A DNA stretch of 64,000 bases, from positions 314,635 to 378,634 of the forward strand of contig PFRS01000005.1 in NCBI GenBank assembly GCA_002788675.1. The letters run 5' to 3'. Source of the stretch: Candidatus Pacebacteria bacterium CG_4_9_14_0_2_um_filter_40_15 (GTDB taxonomy: Bacteria > Patescibacteriota > Microgenomatia > UBA1400 > PJMF01). A program made the position numbers and the translations under genes. Below, in pieces: positions 38,837 to 48,193 of this stretch. Each line of letters starts with the position of its first letter. Within the stretch, counting starts at the first letter, position 1. Below the pieces are notes generated by a model. The model was not told the origin of the DNA. It ran no database searches and worked only from the letters and a program-made list of their open reading frames with translations.

Positions 38837-39644
38837 TACTGCACACTATTTTCTATCACAACGAGTAAGCATTATTCCTGTCACAAAAGACAAGAAGCCG
38901 TATGCAGGGTTTAGTTGGGATGCATATAAAAAACGCTTTCCCACTCAGGATGAAATAGATATCTGGTTTAGATATGTATATCCAAATGCAAATTTAGCCA
39001 TAGTAACTGGAGCGCTTTCAAAACTAATAATACTAGATATAGACCCCAGAAATGGTGGTGATATATCTTTGTTAAAAAACAATAAAAGCCCATCAGTTTC
39101 AACACCAAACAATGGAAAACACATATATTTCAGACCAACTAACCTTGTAAAATCTGCCAAGCATAGTGCACTAGGATATGACCTACTCTATGAAGCTTTA
39201 GCTCTTGTCCCGCCCTCCCTTACAGTAAATGGTGCATATGAATGGATAAACTCATTTAATAGAAATAACATAGAAGAGTTTCCAAAATATTTACTTAGCA
39301 AGCTAGAACTCATTCAACCTAAACAGAATGAAGCTTCTGCCAAACCACTTAGTCAAAAAAAAGGCAATCAAAAAACTCAGTTAAGAGGTATTGAGGTTAG
39401 GCACGCACGAGATTATCCCCTAGATAGATTGCTATTAAGTGATGGTGTAAATCTCATCCAACGAACAAATAGCTACCACCTTACCTGCCCATTTCATAGT
39501 GATAGGAAGTCTTCAGCTGTTTACTATCCATCCACCAACTTGGTTTATTGCTTCAAATGTTCAAGAGCATTTAATCCAATTGATTACCTAACGATAGCAA
39601 AAGGTTATTCATTCAGGGAAGCCTTAAAGGAATTAACAGAATGA
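38802..39644 (+). CDS. bifunctional primase-polymerase (Prim-Pol) N-terminal domain protein with CHC2 zinc finger
   Basis: The N-terminus IPVTKDKKPYAGFSWDAYKKRFPTQDEIDIW...NLAIVTG...LIILDID matches the Prim-Pol pattern (PVxxxKxP....W.......#....W......NhGhhhG...hhhhDhD). The C-terminal CPFHSD...CFKC is a CHC2 DnaG-type zinc finger. Confidence 0.6.
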   Translation: MNMKIKTQSVVDTAHYFLSQRVSIIPVTKDKKPYAGFSWDAYKKRFPTQDEIDIWFRYVYPNANLAIVTGALSKLIILDIDPRNGGDISLLKNNKSPSVSTPNNGKHIYFRPTNLVKSAKHSALGYDLLYEALALVPPSLTVNGAYEWINSFNRNNIEEFPKYLLSKLELIQPKQNEASAKPLSQKKGNQKTQLRGIEVRHARDYPLDRLLLSDGVNLIQRTNSYHLTCPFHSDRKSSAVYYPSTNLVYCFKCSRAFNPIDYLTIAKGYSFREALKELTE

Positions 39645-40051
39645 AAAGCAAGGCATTAAGAATAAAAGAAAAGAGAACAAAAGGTTTTCTTAAATTTCCA
39701 AGAAAACTTATTGAGCTTGTTCTCAGTGGAGATGTATCTGATAGAGCTTTCAGTCTATACCTGGTTATTATCAACCTTGCTGTTTATTCTGAAAATAGTT
39801 CCTACTATGGATGCCTTGAACTTAATCCTCATAACCTTTCAGAAATTTTCTCTAAATCTTCAAATACAGTTAGCAAAAACTTTAATGAACTTCTCTCACT
39901 TGGTCTCATTAACAAAGTAGACAAAGATTTGATTGAGGTTATCAACTTCAAAAAACTGTTTGATGATACTCAATATATGGAGGAAGCTTCCTCAGATTTA
40001 GTTAATAAAGTTTCAAAAATGAGAGGAGAAATATCACATATGAAAAGCTAA
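39641..40051 (+). CDS. hypothetical protein (island backbone)
   Basis: 136 aa. It overlaps the Prim-Pol gene by 4 nt. Confidence 0.35.
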   Translation: MKSKALRIKEKRTKGFLKFPRKLIELVLSGDVSDRAFSLYLVIINLAVYSENSSYYGCLELNPHNLSEIFSKSSNTVSKNFNELLSLGLINKVDKDLIEVINFKKLFDDTQYMEEASSDLVNKVSKMRGEISHMKS

Positions 40052-40175
40052 GCAGCACTTTTCACCTATGTACTGGTGAATTTAAATGCTTATTAAGGTT
40101 CTTAATGTTATTAGGTTTCTTAGTAAGAAATACATAAACAATAAAGTATATATACCTGTGAATACGTAGGTTAGA

Positions 40176-41780
40176 ATGAAAGATAATATGAACAATAAAA
40201 ACATAGCTGCACTCTGGTGCAGAGTAAGCAGTCCAGACCAAGAAACTTCTGGGTATTCACTACCTGCTCAGGAAGAACTTTTAAGAGAGTACGCTACACG
40301 AAAAGGAATTCAAAAGGTTGATTTTTTCTCTGTTTCAGAAAGTGCTAAATCTAGTCAAGTAAGAGCAAGTTTTAAAGAGCTGTTCAGCCATGTAAAAAAA
40401 CATAACATCAATATAGTAATTTGCGAAAAAGTTGACAGATTAACCAGAAACTTTTACGACATGATAATGATTGATGAATGGCTTGAGAAAGACCATGAAA
40501 GAGAAATACACCTCGTAAAAGATTCGCTAGTTCTTCACGCTGGCTCTCGTTCTCAGGATAAATTAAATTGGAACTTAAAAGTTTTATTAGCAAAAAATTA
40601 CATTGATAATCTCAGAGAGGAAGTTAAAAAGGGTCAACTGATGAAACTCAAGCATGGCTGGCTACCAACTAGACCTCCATATGGTTATAAAACTGAAGGA
40701 AACAAGGGGCACAAAATTCACGTCATAGATAATGAAACTGCACCAATTGTAAAGAAACTCTTTCAACTCTACTCAACTGGCAACTACTCACTTAAAGCCA
40801 TTACAGAAAAAGCAAATGAGCTTGGTTTAAGAAGTTCAAAGGGTAATCCAGTTGTTAAAAGTAGAATACACAAACTGCTTCAGGATAAGTTCTACATTGG
40901 CATTAATATTTGGAATGATACTGAGTATCCTGGTAAACAAGAAACATTCATCGAGGAAGAATTATTCTACCTGGTGAAGAGGGTTATGAAAGGTGGCTTT
41001 AACAATACACGCACTTACTCAAAGCATAACTATCTTTTTAGAGGAATGTTTAAGTGTGAACACTGTAAAGGCACAATCACCTGGGAAGAACAGAAAGGTA
41101 TTGTGTATGGTCACTGCAACCACTACAAACCATGCCCCTCAAAAGATTGGGCTCGTGAAGATTCTGTCGAAAAGCAAGTTAAAAAGTCATTAAAGTCACT
41201 GGTAATAAAAAACAAGCGAGTATTAAACTGGCTAAGAGATGAACTGAGCACACGCATTCATGAAGAAACTGATGTATATGTAGCTTCAATAGAACAACTT
41301 AAAAAAGACTTAGTGCTCACTGAAAGGGCTCAAGAGCGACTCTATGATGACAAGCTTTATGAACGTATCCCTGAGTCAATGTATGACCGAAAGGCAAATG
41401 AGTTTAAGAATAAGACTAAGAAGCTAGAGAAACAAATAAAGGAGCTCTCTGGTGGCACTGATAAAGCTAGACAGGTCGGACTAAGTATCTTTGACCTTGC
41501 ACAAGGTGGTCATATCATTTATGAAAAAGCTGATATTGAGAAACGTCAGCTACTTTTAAAACTGGTATATAAAACAAGAGAAATTTTCGAGGATACTTGT
41601 AGCTTAGAGTATACGGAAGAAATGGCATTACTATTGAAAGCAGTCAACCAGACTAATCGTTCGAAACTGGTGAAAAAAGTTGAGAAAATGGAAGCTACTT
41701 TCGAACCATCTGAAAAGATTGATTTAGCAAGAAAAAGTGACTCTTTTATGTCCTTGCGGACTGGTTTGCTCCCCCGGTAG
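40176..41780 (+). CDS. large serine recombinase (integrase)
   Basis: It has a resolvase-type catalytic domain whose nucleophile Ser lies in LWCRVSSPDQ and a conserved DRLTRN. A recombinase domain follows, then a zinc-ribbon (CEHCKG...GHCNHYKPC) and a C-terminal coiled coil. Its stop codon at 41778..41780 lies inside the tRNA-Asn 3' end. Confidence 0.85.
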   Translation: MKDNMNNKNIAALWCRVSSPDQETSGYSLPAQEELLREYATRKGIQKVDFFSVSESAKSSQVRASFKELFSHVKKHNINIVICEKVDRLTRNFYDMIMIDEWLEKDHEREIHLVKDSLVLHAGSRSQDKLNWNLKVLLAKNYIDNLREEVKKGQLMKLKHGWLPTRPPYGYKTEGNKGHKIHVIDNETAPIVKKLFQLYSTGNYSLKAITEKANELGLRSSKGNPVVKSRIHKLLQDKFYIGINIWNDTEYPGKQETFIEEELFYLVKRVMKGGFNNTRTYSKHNYLFRGMFKCEHCKGTITWEEQKGIVYGHCNHYKPCPSKDWAREDSVEKQVKKSLKSLVIKNKRVLNWLRDELSTRIHEETDVYVASIEQLKKDLVLTERAQERLYDDKLYERIPESMYDRKANEFKNKTKKLEKQIKELSGGTDKARQVGLSIFDLAQGGHIIYEKADIEKRQLLLKLVYKTREIFEDTCSLEYTEEMALLLKAVNQTNRSKLVKKVEKMEATFEPSEKIDLARKSDSFMSLRTGLLPR

Positions 41781-41840
41781 GATTCGAACCTACAACCTAC
41801 CGGTTAACAGCCGGGCGCTCTGCCATTGAGCTACAGGGGA
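41769..41840 (-). tRNA. tRNA-Asn (anticodon GTT), CCA not encoded
   Basis: A hand-folded cloverleaf on the minus strand has a 7-bp acceptor stem (UCCCCUG/CGGGGGA), a D-arm (GCUC-AAUGGCA-GAGC), the anticodon loop CUGUUAA, a T-arm (GUAGG-UUCGAAU-CCUAC) and discriminator G. Confidence 0.8.
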
Positions 41841-41985
41841 TTGTGTTGAATATATTTTCAGTAAAAAAATACTGCAAATAGAAATAAAAGAACGTAGTTA
41901 TTTTACCATAACCAGGCATCAAGTAAACAGGAAGCCGAGCTTCCTCTGACTAGCTTCTGCTGTTGAGCAGATAATTGTGAACTTG

Positions 41986-43188
41986 TTAGTGTCCATGCCC
42001 AGCATGTGTAAATTTTTTACTGTTTTTGGCAGCATCTTCAGCCGAAAGCAGGTACACTGCAAGAAATGTTGTGAGTGGCACTGCTAACACCAGGCCTATT
42101 GAGCCAGTAAGAGTACGTACAATTTCTTCTGCAATAACTTGATTATTCACCTTCACCCACCAAGGCACACCGCTGTCGACAAACACGAGCAGAAAAAGCG
42201 GCAGACTGGTACCGGCATAGGCTAAAAAGAGTGTGTTCACCAGTGAAGCCACATGATCTTTACCAACTTCTAAAGCTCTAAAATATATCTCTTGTTTTGA
42301 AAGGCTGCTATTTGCTCCAAGAAGCTGTTCAACCACAGAAACTTGTGCTACCACAATATCATCCAAGACACCAAGTGCCCCAATAATTATGCCCGCAAGG
42401 AAAAGTCCTTGTAAATTAATAGAACCATACTCTGCAAACTGCAAAAAGTACGCCTGTTCATCACCCAATCCTAATAATCTTGCAAGCTGGACAACATAGG
42501 TTGAAAGTAAAATTACCACTACAAGCACCGCAACAATCGAACCAAAGGCCACATGTGATTTTCTGTTAAAACCATGAGCTAAATAAATAGTCACTGCTCC
42601 AGCTGTGATTGAGGCAATGACACTTACCAACACTGGACTCGTGCCCTGCAGAATCGCCGGCAACATGTACCAACCCAAAATAAAGAATGTGGAGAGCATG
42701 CCAATAATTGAAAGCATACCTCTAGTGCCACCCACAACAGCCACCAACACCAAAAACACCATAGCTAAAAAGAGTAAGATTGGAATACGATACATGTCGG
42801 CAAGCACAGTAAATTCATTATTCTCTGCATCCGCTTGAGTAGTCAATATAACTTGATCTCCAACAGTAAATCGTTGTGCTTCAAGAACAGGTTGAAATTC
42901 ACTTCCAACCATAACTTCAGATATTTCATCAGTTTTCTGATTCTGGACTCGTAACTTCTGTATAAATGCTCTGTTACCATCAACTTCGAATTCCTCCTCT
43001 TCTATCACCGCAGTGACCTTACCAATATCATAGGCTTGCTGAGCAGGAACGGGGAGTACGTTTGCTGCTTCAGATGCAACAGGCGACTCCTCTTGAGCAA
43101 AAGTTTGAATACCACTTGCAAAAAAGATACATGCGAGTAACCCAAAGACAAAAAAACGTAGGTGTAGTGTAAAAGAAACATTCATCAC
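41986..43188 (-). CDS. YibE/F-family polytopic membrane protein
   Basis: An N-terminal signal/TM segment and an extracytoplasmic domain are followed by about 8 TM helices with Gly/Ala-rich packing that resembles YibE/F. Confidence 0.5.
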   Translation of the reverse strand: MMNVSFTLHLRFFVFGLLACIFFASGIQTFAQEESPVASEAANVLPVPAQQAYDIGKVTAVIEEEEFEVDGNRAFIQKLRVQNQKTDEISEVMVGSEFQPVLEAQRFTVGDQVILTTQADAENNEFTVLADMYRIPILLFLAMVFLVLVAVVGGTRGMLSIIGMLSTFFILGWYMLPAILQGTSPVLVSVIASITAGAVTIYLAHGFNRKSHVAFGSIVAVLVVVILLSTYVVQLARLLGLGDEQAYFLQFAEYGSINLQGLFLAGIIIGALGVLDDIVVAQVSVVEQLLGANSSLSKQEIYFRALEVGKDHVASLVNTLFLAYAGTSLPLFLLVFVDSGVPWWVKVNNQVIAEEIVRTLTGSIGLVLAVPLTTFLAVYLLSAEDAAKNSKKFTHAGHGH

Positions 43189-43253
43189 AGTAGGTCACAT
43201 TATATCGAGGTCTGTCCAAAAGGTCACTGTACAAACAGTCTCAGATCGGTAGA

Positions 43254-44381
43254 ATGGTCACAATGAGCAAACGCATTCTCCTTGTCACCGACACGTACCT
43301 CCCAACAATTAGTGGTGTAACCACTGTAGTCTCAGAATATAAAAAAGAATTAGAACTGCTCGGTCACTCAGTTGCTGTCGCAGTTCCTGAAACTGAGGAA
43401 ACAACCAAAATGGAAAATGTTCTCACTGTTCCAGGTCTTCCAAGTATTTTACGATCTGATACTGTTCTTCCATTGTATTTTGTTGGACTGGAAAATAAGA
43501 TAGATGCTTTTAATCCTGATGTCATCCATATTCATAGCCCAGGTCCATTGGGTCTTTGGGCACGCAAATGGGCAAAAAAAAATAACGTCAGAGTAGTCAC
43601 AACTGTCCACGCTACTCCGACTTTTTCTGCTAGCTATCTACCCTTTAGCTTTCTGTACGAAGATTTCATTAAAGAAAGTGGTTGGAAGTTTTGGGAATGG
43701 TTTCTGGAAACGAGCGACGTGGTCATAGCCCCTTCCTACTTCATAGTTGAAAAATTAAAAAAAATTGGCATTAAAAATACTATTTTTAGAGCTCCTTTCT
43801 GGATTGAACCTTACCAGCTCACAAAGAAAACTCAAAAGAAAAAAACAACCGACTTCCTCTTTTTTGGACGACTTGACCCTGATAAAAACCTACCTTTTTT
43901 ATTAGAGAGTTGGTCAAAAGTAAGTGTTCCAAATGCTCACCTAACTATTGCTGGCAGAGACCTCAAAGATCAAAGGAAAGATTTACAAACACTGGCAAAA
44001 ACACTTGGTTGCGAAAGCACTGTAACAGTTTTTGGGAAAGTCAGCGAAAAAAAGAAACTCGAACTTTTCTCCAAAACCGATTTCTTTGTCATGCCTTCAA
44101 AAGTTGAAGTGCAGAGTATTGTTACGTATCAGGCTGCTCTGTCCGGTATCCCAGTGGTGGTTGCGCGCGCCAGCGCGCTTCCTGAGATTGTAGCTCACTC
44201 CACTGCCCCTGATCTCATCTTCGATCCTGATGATCCAACCTCACTCACCAGAGTCCTGGAGAAGTGCTGTACGAAAAAAGCTTCCTACACCAAAAACTAT
44301 ACACTCTCAAAAGACTTCAGAAAATCTTTTACCAAAGAGACTATTCTTAATAATTTAGTGAAAAAGATATACTCAATCTAA
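43254..44381 (+). CDS. glycosyltransferase family 4 (GT-B, retaining)
   Basis: The C-terminal half carries the E-x7-E-like motif and TYQAALSGIPVVV, typical of the GT4 donor-binding domain. Confidence 0.7.
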   Translation: MVTMSKRILLVTDTYLPTISGVTTVVSEYKKELELLGHSVAVAVPETEETTKMENVLTVPGLPSILRSDTVLPLYFVGLENKIDAFNPDVIHIHSPGPLGLWARKWAKKNNVRVVTTVHATPTFSASYLPFSFLYEDFIKESGWKFWEWFLETSDVVIAPSYFIVEKLKKIGIKNTIFRAPFWIEPYQLTKKTQKKKTTDFLFFGRLDPDKNLPFLLESWSKVSVPNAHLTIAGRDLKDQRKDLQTLAKTLGCESTVTVFGKVSEKKKLELFSKTDFFVMPSKVEVQSIVTYQAALSGIPVVVARASALPEIVAHSTAPDLIFDPDDPTSLTRVLEKCCTKKASYTKNYTLSKDFRKSFTKETILNNLVKKIYSI

Positions 44382-44649
44382 CTTCTATCCCAGTCATAAA
44401 ATAAAAAAGTGTTACTGACTATAAAAAAAGATCTGGTGTATGTGCATTTTTGTGGTTTCATAAAAAGAATGATGTGCTATAATTCAAACTCTTGTGTTCG
44501 TTACTGCAACGAATAACAGGAACGCACTTTACTACATGCATACAACTTTAGTCAGATACCTGTGTTTCTTTTTTATGAAAGGAAATAGTGGTATCTGGCT
44601 AAAACCCAAATGGCCAGAGAAAATACATTTCAAGGAGAAAAGATTTTCC

Positions 44650-44769
44650 ATGAGCAAAAAAATGATGTCCATTTTGGCAGGCACATTTCTTTTGGTTGCC
44701 GGCGTAGCCGGGGCGTACTGGTATTTTCTGCAAAATCCTGACGCAGAAGTCCAGTACTTCGAACTTTAA
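44650..44769 (+). CDS. small hypothetical membrane protein (39 aa)
   Basis: An AGGAG RBS sits 8 nt upstream of the ATG, and the protein has one TM helix. The longer 91-aa ORF in the track probably starts too early. Confidence 0.3.
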   Translation: MSKKMMSILAGTFLLVAGVAGAYWYFLQNPDAEVQYFEL

Positions 44770-44799
44770 GAAAACGGCCGTAAGCATGTAACAAAAAAA

Positions 44800-44829
44800 C
44801 CCGCACCATGTACTGGAGCGGGTTTTTAC
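44800..44829. terminator. bidirectional rho-independent terminator
   Basis: The hairpin cccgcacca-tgtac-tggagcggg is flanked by an A7 run upstream and a T5 run downstream, between the convergent small gene and rpoD. Confidence 0.55.
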
Positions 44830-44850
44830 TTTTTATTTCAATTATTTGTA

Positions 44851-45942
44851 TTACTCTAAGAAATCCTGTAACTTCTTACGTCTACTAGGATGTTTCAGCT
44901 TGCGTAGAGCCTTAGCCTCAATTTGACGAATACGCTCGCGTGTTACACCAAACTGTTTACCTACTTCTTCGAGTGTCATCATTTTGTTGCCGCTTAAGCC
45001 AAAGCGCATCTTAAGCACTTTTGCTTCACGGTCGCTCAGAGCCCCAAGGACTTCTTCAACATTTTCGCGCAACATCTGCATACTGGTTGCTTCGTACGGT
45101 GAAACTTGACCATCATCTGAGATGAAGTCGCCCAACACACTATCATCATCTCCATCACCCACTGGGGATTCAAGCGATGTCGTGTTTTGAGAAATCTTAA
45201 GAATTTCGCGAACTTTTTCTGGATCCATCTCCATGGCCTTACCAATTTCTTCTGGTGAAGGCTCACGGCCCAAATCTTGCATAAGTCGGCGAGAAGTTCG
45301 CATTAACTTATTGATGGTTTCAACCATATGAACAGGAATACGAATAGTACGAGCTTGGTCGGCAATTGAACGAGTAATAGCTTGGCGAATCCACCATGTT
45401 GCGTAAGTAGAAAATTTAAATCCTTTAGTCCAATCAAATTTTTCAACTGCACGAATTAAACCTTTATTACCTTCTTGAATTAAGTCGAGGAAAGTCATTC
45501 CACGGCCAATATATTTTTTTGCAATAGACACCACCAAACGAAGGTTAGCATCAATTAAATCTTGTTTTGCTTTTGGATCGCCGGCCTCAACCTTTTGAGC
45601 TAAACGTATTTCTTCTTCTCTATTAAGAAGCGGAATACGGCCAATCTCTTTGAGGTACATACGCACAGGATCTGCAACAGTTCTGTCTTTAAGTGTAGAA
45701 AGTGTAGCAAGTTCTTGGGTAAGATCATCGTCACCGGTTTCTTCTTTTTTCTCGGCAACAGACTCAAAAATGTCTGTTCCCATTTTGACGAGTTCATAAT
45801 AAAAATCATCAAGTTCTTCAAGGTATTCTTCTGGTTCAACAAAAGCTTGAAGAATATCATCTTGAGTAAGGTATCCTTGTTTCTTTGCAAGTGAGAGTAA
45901 CTTATCAATATCTTTCTGAATGGCTGCGGGAAGTTTAGGCAT
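44851..45942 (-). CDS. rpoD: RNA polymerase sigma factor RpoD (sigma-70)
   Basis: Region 2 reads [56 protein letters not shown], and region 4 reads [31 protein letters not shown]. The start is set at MPKLP. Confidence 0.9.
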   Translation of the reverse strand: MPKLPAAIQKDIDKLLSLAKKQGYLTQDDILQAFVEPEEYLEELDDFYYELVKMGTDIFESVAEKKEETGDDDLTQELATLSTLKDRTVADPVRMYLKEIGRIPLLNREEEIRLAQKVEAGDPKAKQDLIDANLRLVVSIAKKYIGRGMTFLDLIQEGNKGLIRAVEKFDWTKGFKFSTYATWWIRQAITRSIADQARTIRIPVHMVETINKLMRTSRRLMQDLGREPSPEEIGKAMEMDPEKVREILKISQNTTSLESPVGDGDDDSVLGDFISDDGQVSPYEATSMQMLRENVEEVLGALSDREAKVLKMRFGLSGNKMMTLEEVGKQFGVTRERIRQIEAKALRKLKHPSRRKKLQDFLE

Positions 45943-46149
45943 AAGAATAAAAAAAGAGGGCTGGCAATTACCAGCAATCATCTACTACTTTCTGTTCTGT
46001 ATAATTATACACCCGAATGTCAAGTTATCAAGCGCTGTCTGGTGAGAAGGTGACGCAAGTATATGTCTCACTTTCACAACTCCACATTCTAAGGAACTTG
46101 TGTGTTCAATTTTGAATTATTTATCGTATGTATACATATTTATTCTTCC

Positions 46150-46770
46150 GCTACAGAAAACCCCAGGCTTTCAAGCCTGGGGATGAATGGCAGTTGAGGC
46201 GAAAGCCGAAACTGCTATCTTGTATACTTGATGCATGACTAGAAAATACTGGACGGGAGCTCATACAACACATCGGTTGAGATTTCATATAGTTCTTTTA
46301 CCAAAATACCGCAGGAGAGTGCTCAAAGGCAAAATAGCTACTAGAATAAAGCAATTGTTCTATCAGGCGTGCCAGATGAATAAGTGGTGGATAGATGAAA
46401 TAAATCTCCAGCCAGATCACCTACACATGTTAATCCAGATAAAACCAAGGGAATCAGTGTCAAGTGTGGTGCAGTTACTCAAGGGAGGGAGTAGTAAGGT
46501 GATCAGGGTAGAGTTTCCAGATTTGGAAGAATATTTATGGGGAGATAGTTTTTGGTCAGATGGCTATTTTGCCGAAAGTGTGGGAACAGTAAACGAAGAA
46601 ATAATTAAGCAGTATATTAAAAACCAACATGCAGCAAGTATTGAGGGCGATTAGCCCTCATGCATGAAGCTCCGGCTTTTAAGCCGGAGAGACTGTTCAC
46701 TTTATATGCATCTAACATACTCAATGAAGTGCTGGTACCATTTGCGCCAGGCATTCTGCCTGGCGCAAAC
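46150..46770 (+). mobile_element. IS200-type insertion sequence (IS200/IS605 family, tnpA only); extent approximate
   Basis: The Y1 HuH transposase gene is flanked by subterminal perfect hairpins. On the left is ccccaggc-tttcaa-gcctgggg at 46161..46182. On the right are gagggc-gatta-gccctc, ctccggc-ttttaa-gccggag at 46670..46689, and gcgccaggca-ttc-tgcctggcgc at 46744..46766. Confidence 0.6.
46235..46654 (+). CDS. tnpA: IS200/IS605-family Y1 transposase TnpA
   Basis: The HuH motif is HLHMLI, and a conserved N-terminal H is present (HRLRFHIVLLPKYRR). The catalytic Tyr is in WSDGYFAESVG. Confidence 0.85.
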   Translation: MTRKYWTGAHTTHRLRFHIVLLPKYRRRVLKGKIATRIKQLFYQACQMNKWWIDEINLQPDHLHMLIQIKPRESVSSVVQLLKGGSSKVIRVEFPDLEEYLWGDSFWSDGYFAESVGTVNEEIIKQYIKNQHAASIEGD

Positions 46771-46805
46771 TCAAACTCAACTCAAATCTTACAACAAAAA
46801 ACGAA

Positions 46806-48104
46806 CTACACTCGCCCTCGCAGAATAAGTGTATCAACCACACTCTTTACAGCCTTAAGATAGGTCGCCATTCGAAGTGAAACCTGTTTCAACTCTTGCA
46901 TATCCCAAGCATCTGTCATTGCTTGCTTCATCAAAGGCTCCAACTTACTCAGCACTTCTGCGTGTGACCAATAGTAGCCTTGAAGGTTTTGCACCCATTC
47001 GAAGTATGAAGTGGTTACGCCACCAGCATTTGCCAGCACATCAGGCACAACCAAGATACCTTTATTTTCAAGAACAATGTCAGCTTCAGGTGTTGTTGGA
47101 CCATTTGCCATTTCAATAACTACTTTTGCATTAATTGTCGAAGCATTCTCAAGCGTAATAGCATTCTCAAGCGCCGCTGGCACCAACACATCAACATCAA
47201 GAGCAAGTAATTCTTCTGCAGAAATAACTTGGCTCGAATCCTCTGTTAATGACCCAGTTCTCTTTTTTGTTGCAAGAACGTCACGTGGACTCAGACCAGT
47301 CGCATCATACAAAACCTGCTTAGAATCAGAGACAGCCACAACTTTAAAACCACGCTCTGCTGCATGCAATGCAAACCAATAGCCAACATTACCAAAACCT
47401 TGAATAGCTATGGTCACATCATTGGGTTTCTTCCAGCCCATTTTTTTACATAAGATTTCGAGCACATATACTCCGCCCAAACCAGTAGCTTCTTCGCGGC
47501 CCTGTGAGCCGCCCAGTTCTAGTGGTTTACCAGTGAAGGTTGCCAAAGGATTTTCTGAAAAAGTTCCCATTGTCTCTTGTTGATACTGCTCGTACTCATC
47601 AACCATCCAAGCCATAATTTGACCAGTGGTGTTTACATCAGGAGCTGGGACATCAACCCAAGGACCCACAAATGGAGCGACAAACCGTGCGTACGCTCGG
47701 CTGAGACGTTGCAGTTCGGCCATACTTAGGTCACGAGGATCAACAATTATGCCACCCTTACTTCCACCATAAGGAATACCAGTAACGGCAGATTTCCAAG
47801 TCATCCAAGTAGACAGTGCCATTACTTCATCTTTACTTACATTTGGGTGAAAACGGATACCACCTTTGTACGGACCTCGAGCATTATCATGCTGTGAACG
47901 GTACGCAGTAAATGACTTTTCTGTGCCATCATCCATGGTAATCTGGAGTTCTGTCTCGTGAACTTGATCAGGTTCACGAAGTTTATTAATGGCAGCATCA
48001 AACTGAACCTCTTTGTCTCCAACATACGAATCACGAAGCAGTGCAGCAACTTGTAACAGTTGTTCAACTGCATGTGCGTGCGCAGAACTTTGTTTTTTTT
48101 TCAT
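46806..48104 (-). CDS. gdhA: NAD(P)-specific glutamate dehydrogenase
   Basis: GGSKGGI carries the catalytic Lys, and the nucleotide-binding site is GFGNVG. The length is 432 aa. Confidence 0.9.
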   Translation of the reverse strand: MKKKQSSAHAHAVEQLLQVAALLRDSYVGDKEVQFDAAINKLREPDQVHETELQITMDDGTEKSFTAYRSQHDNARGPYKGGIRFHPNVSKDEVMALSTWMTWKSAVTGIPYGGSKGGIIVDPRDLSMAELQRLSRAYARFVAPFVGPWVDVPAPDVNTTGQIMAWMVDEYEQYQQETMGTFSENPLATFTGKPLELGGSQGREEATGLGGVYVLEILCKKMGWKKPNDVTIAIQGFGNVGYWFALHAAERGFKVVAVSDSKQVLYDATGLSPRDVLATKKRTGSLTEDSSQVISAEELLALDVDVLVPAALENAITLENASTINAKVVIEMANGPTTPEADIVLENKGILVVPDVLANAGGVTTSYFEWVQNLQGYYWSHAEVLSKLEPLMKQAMTDAWDMQELKQVSLRMATYLKAVKSVVDTLILRGRV

Positions 48105-48193
48105 AATGCATCCTTTTTAAACTTATAATGGTCAAAAAGCTAACCATACGTTATTACGGCCAATATCTCTCTTATTTTACTCGGGGTCCTATA

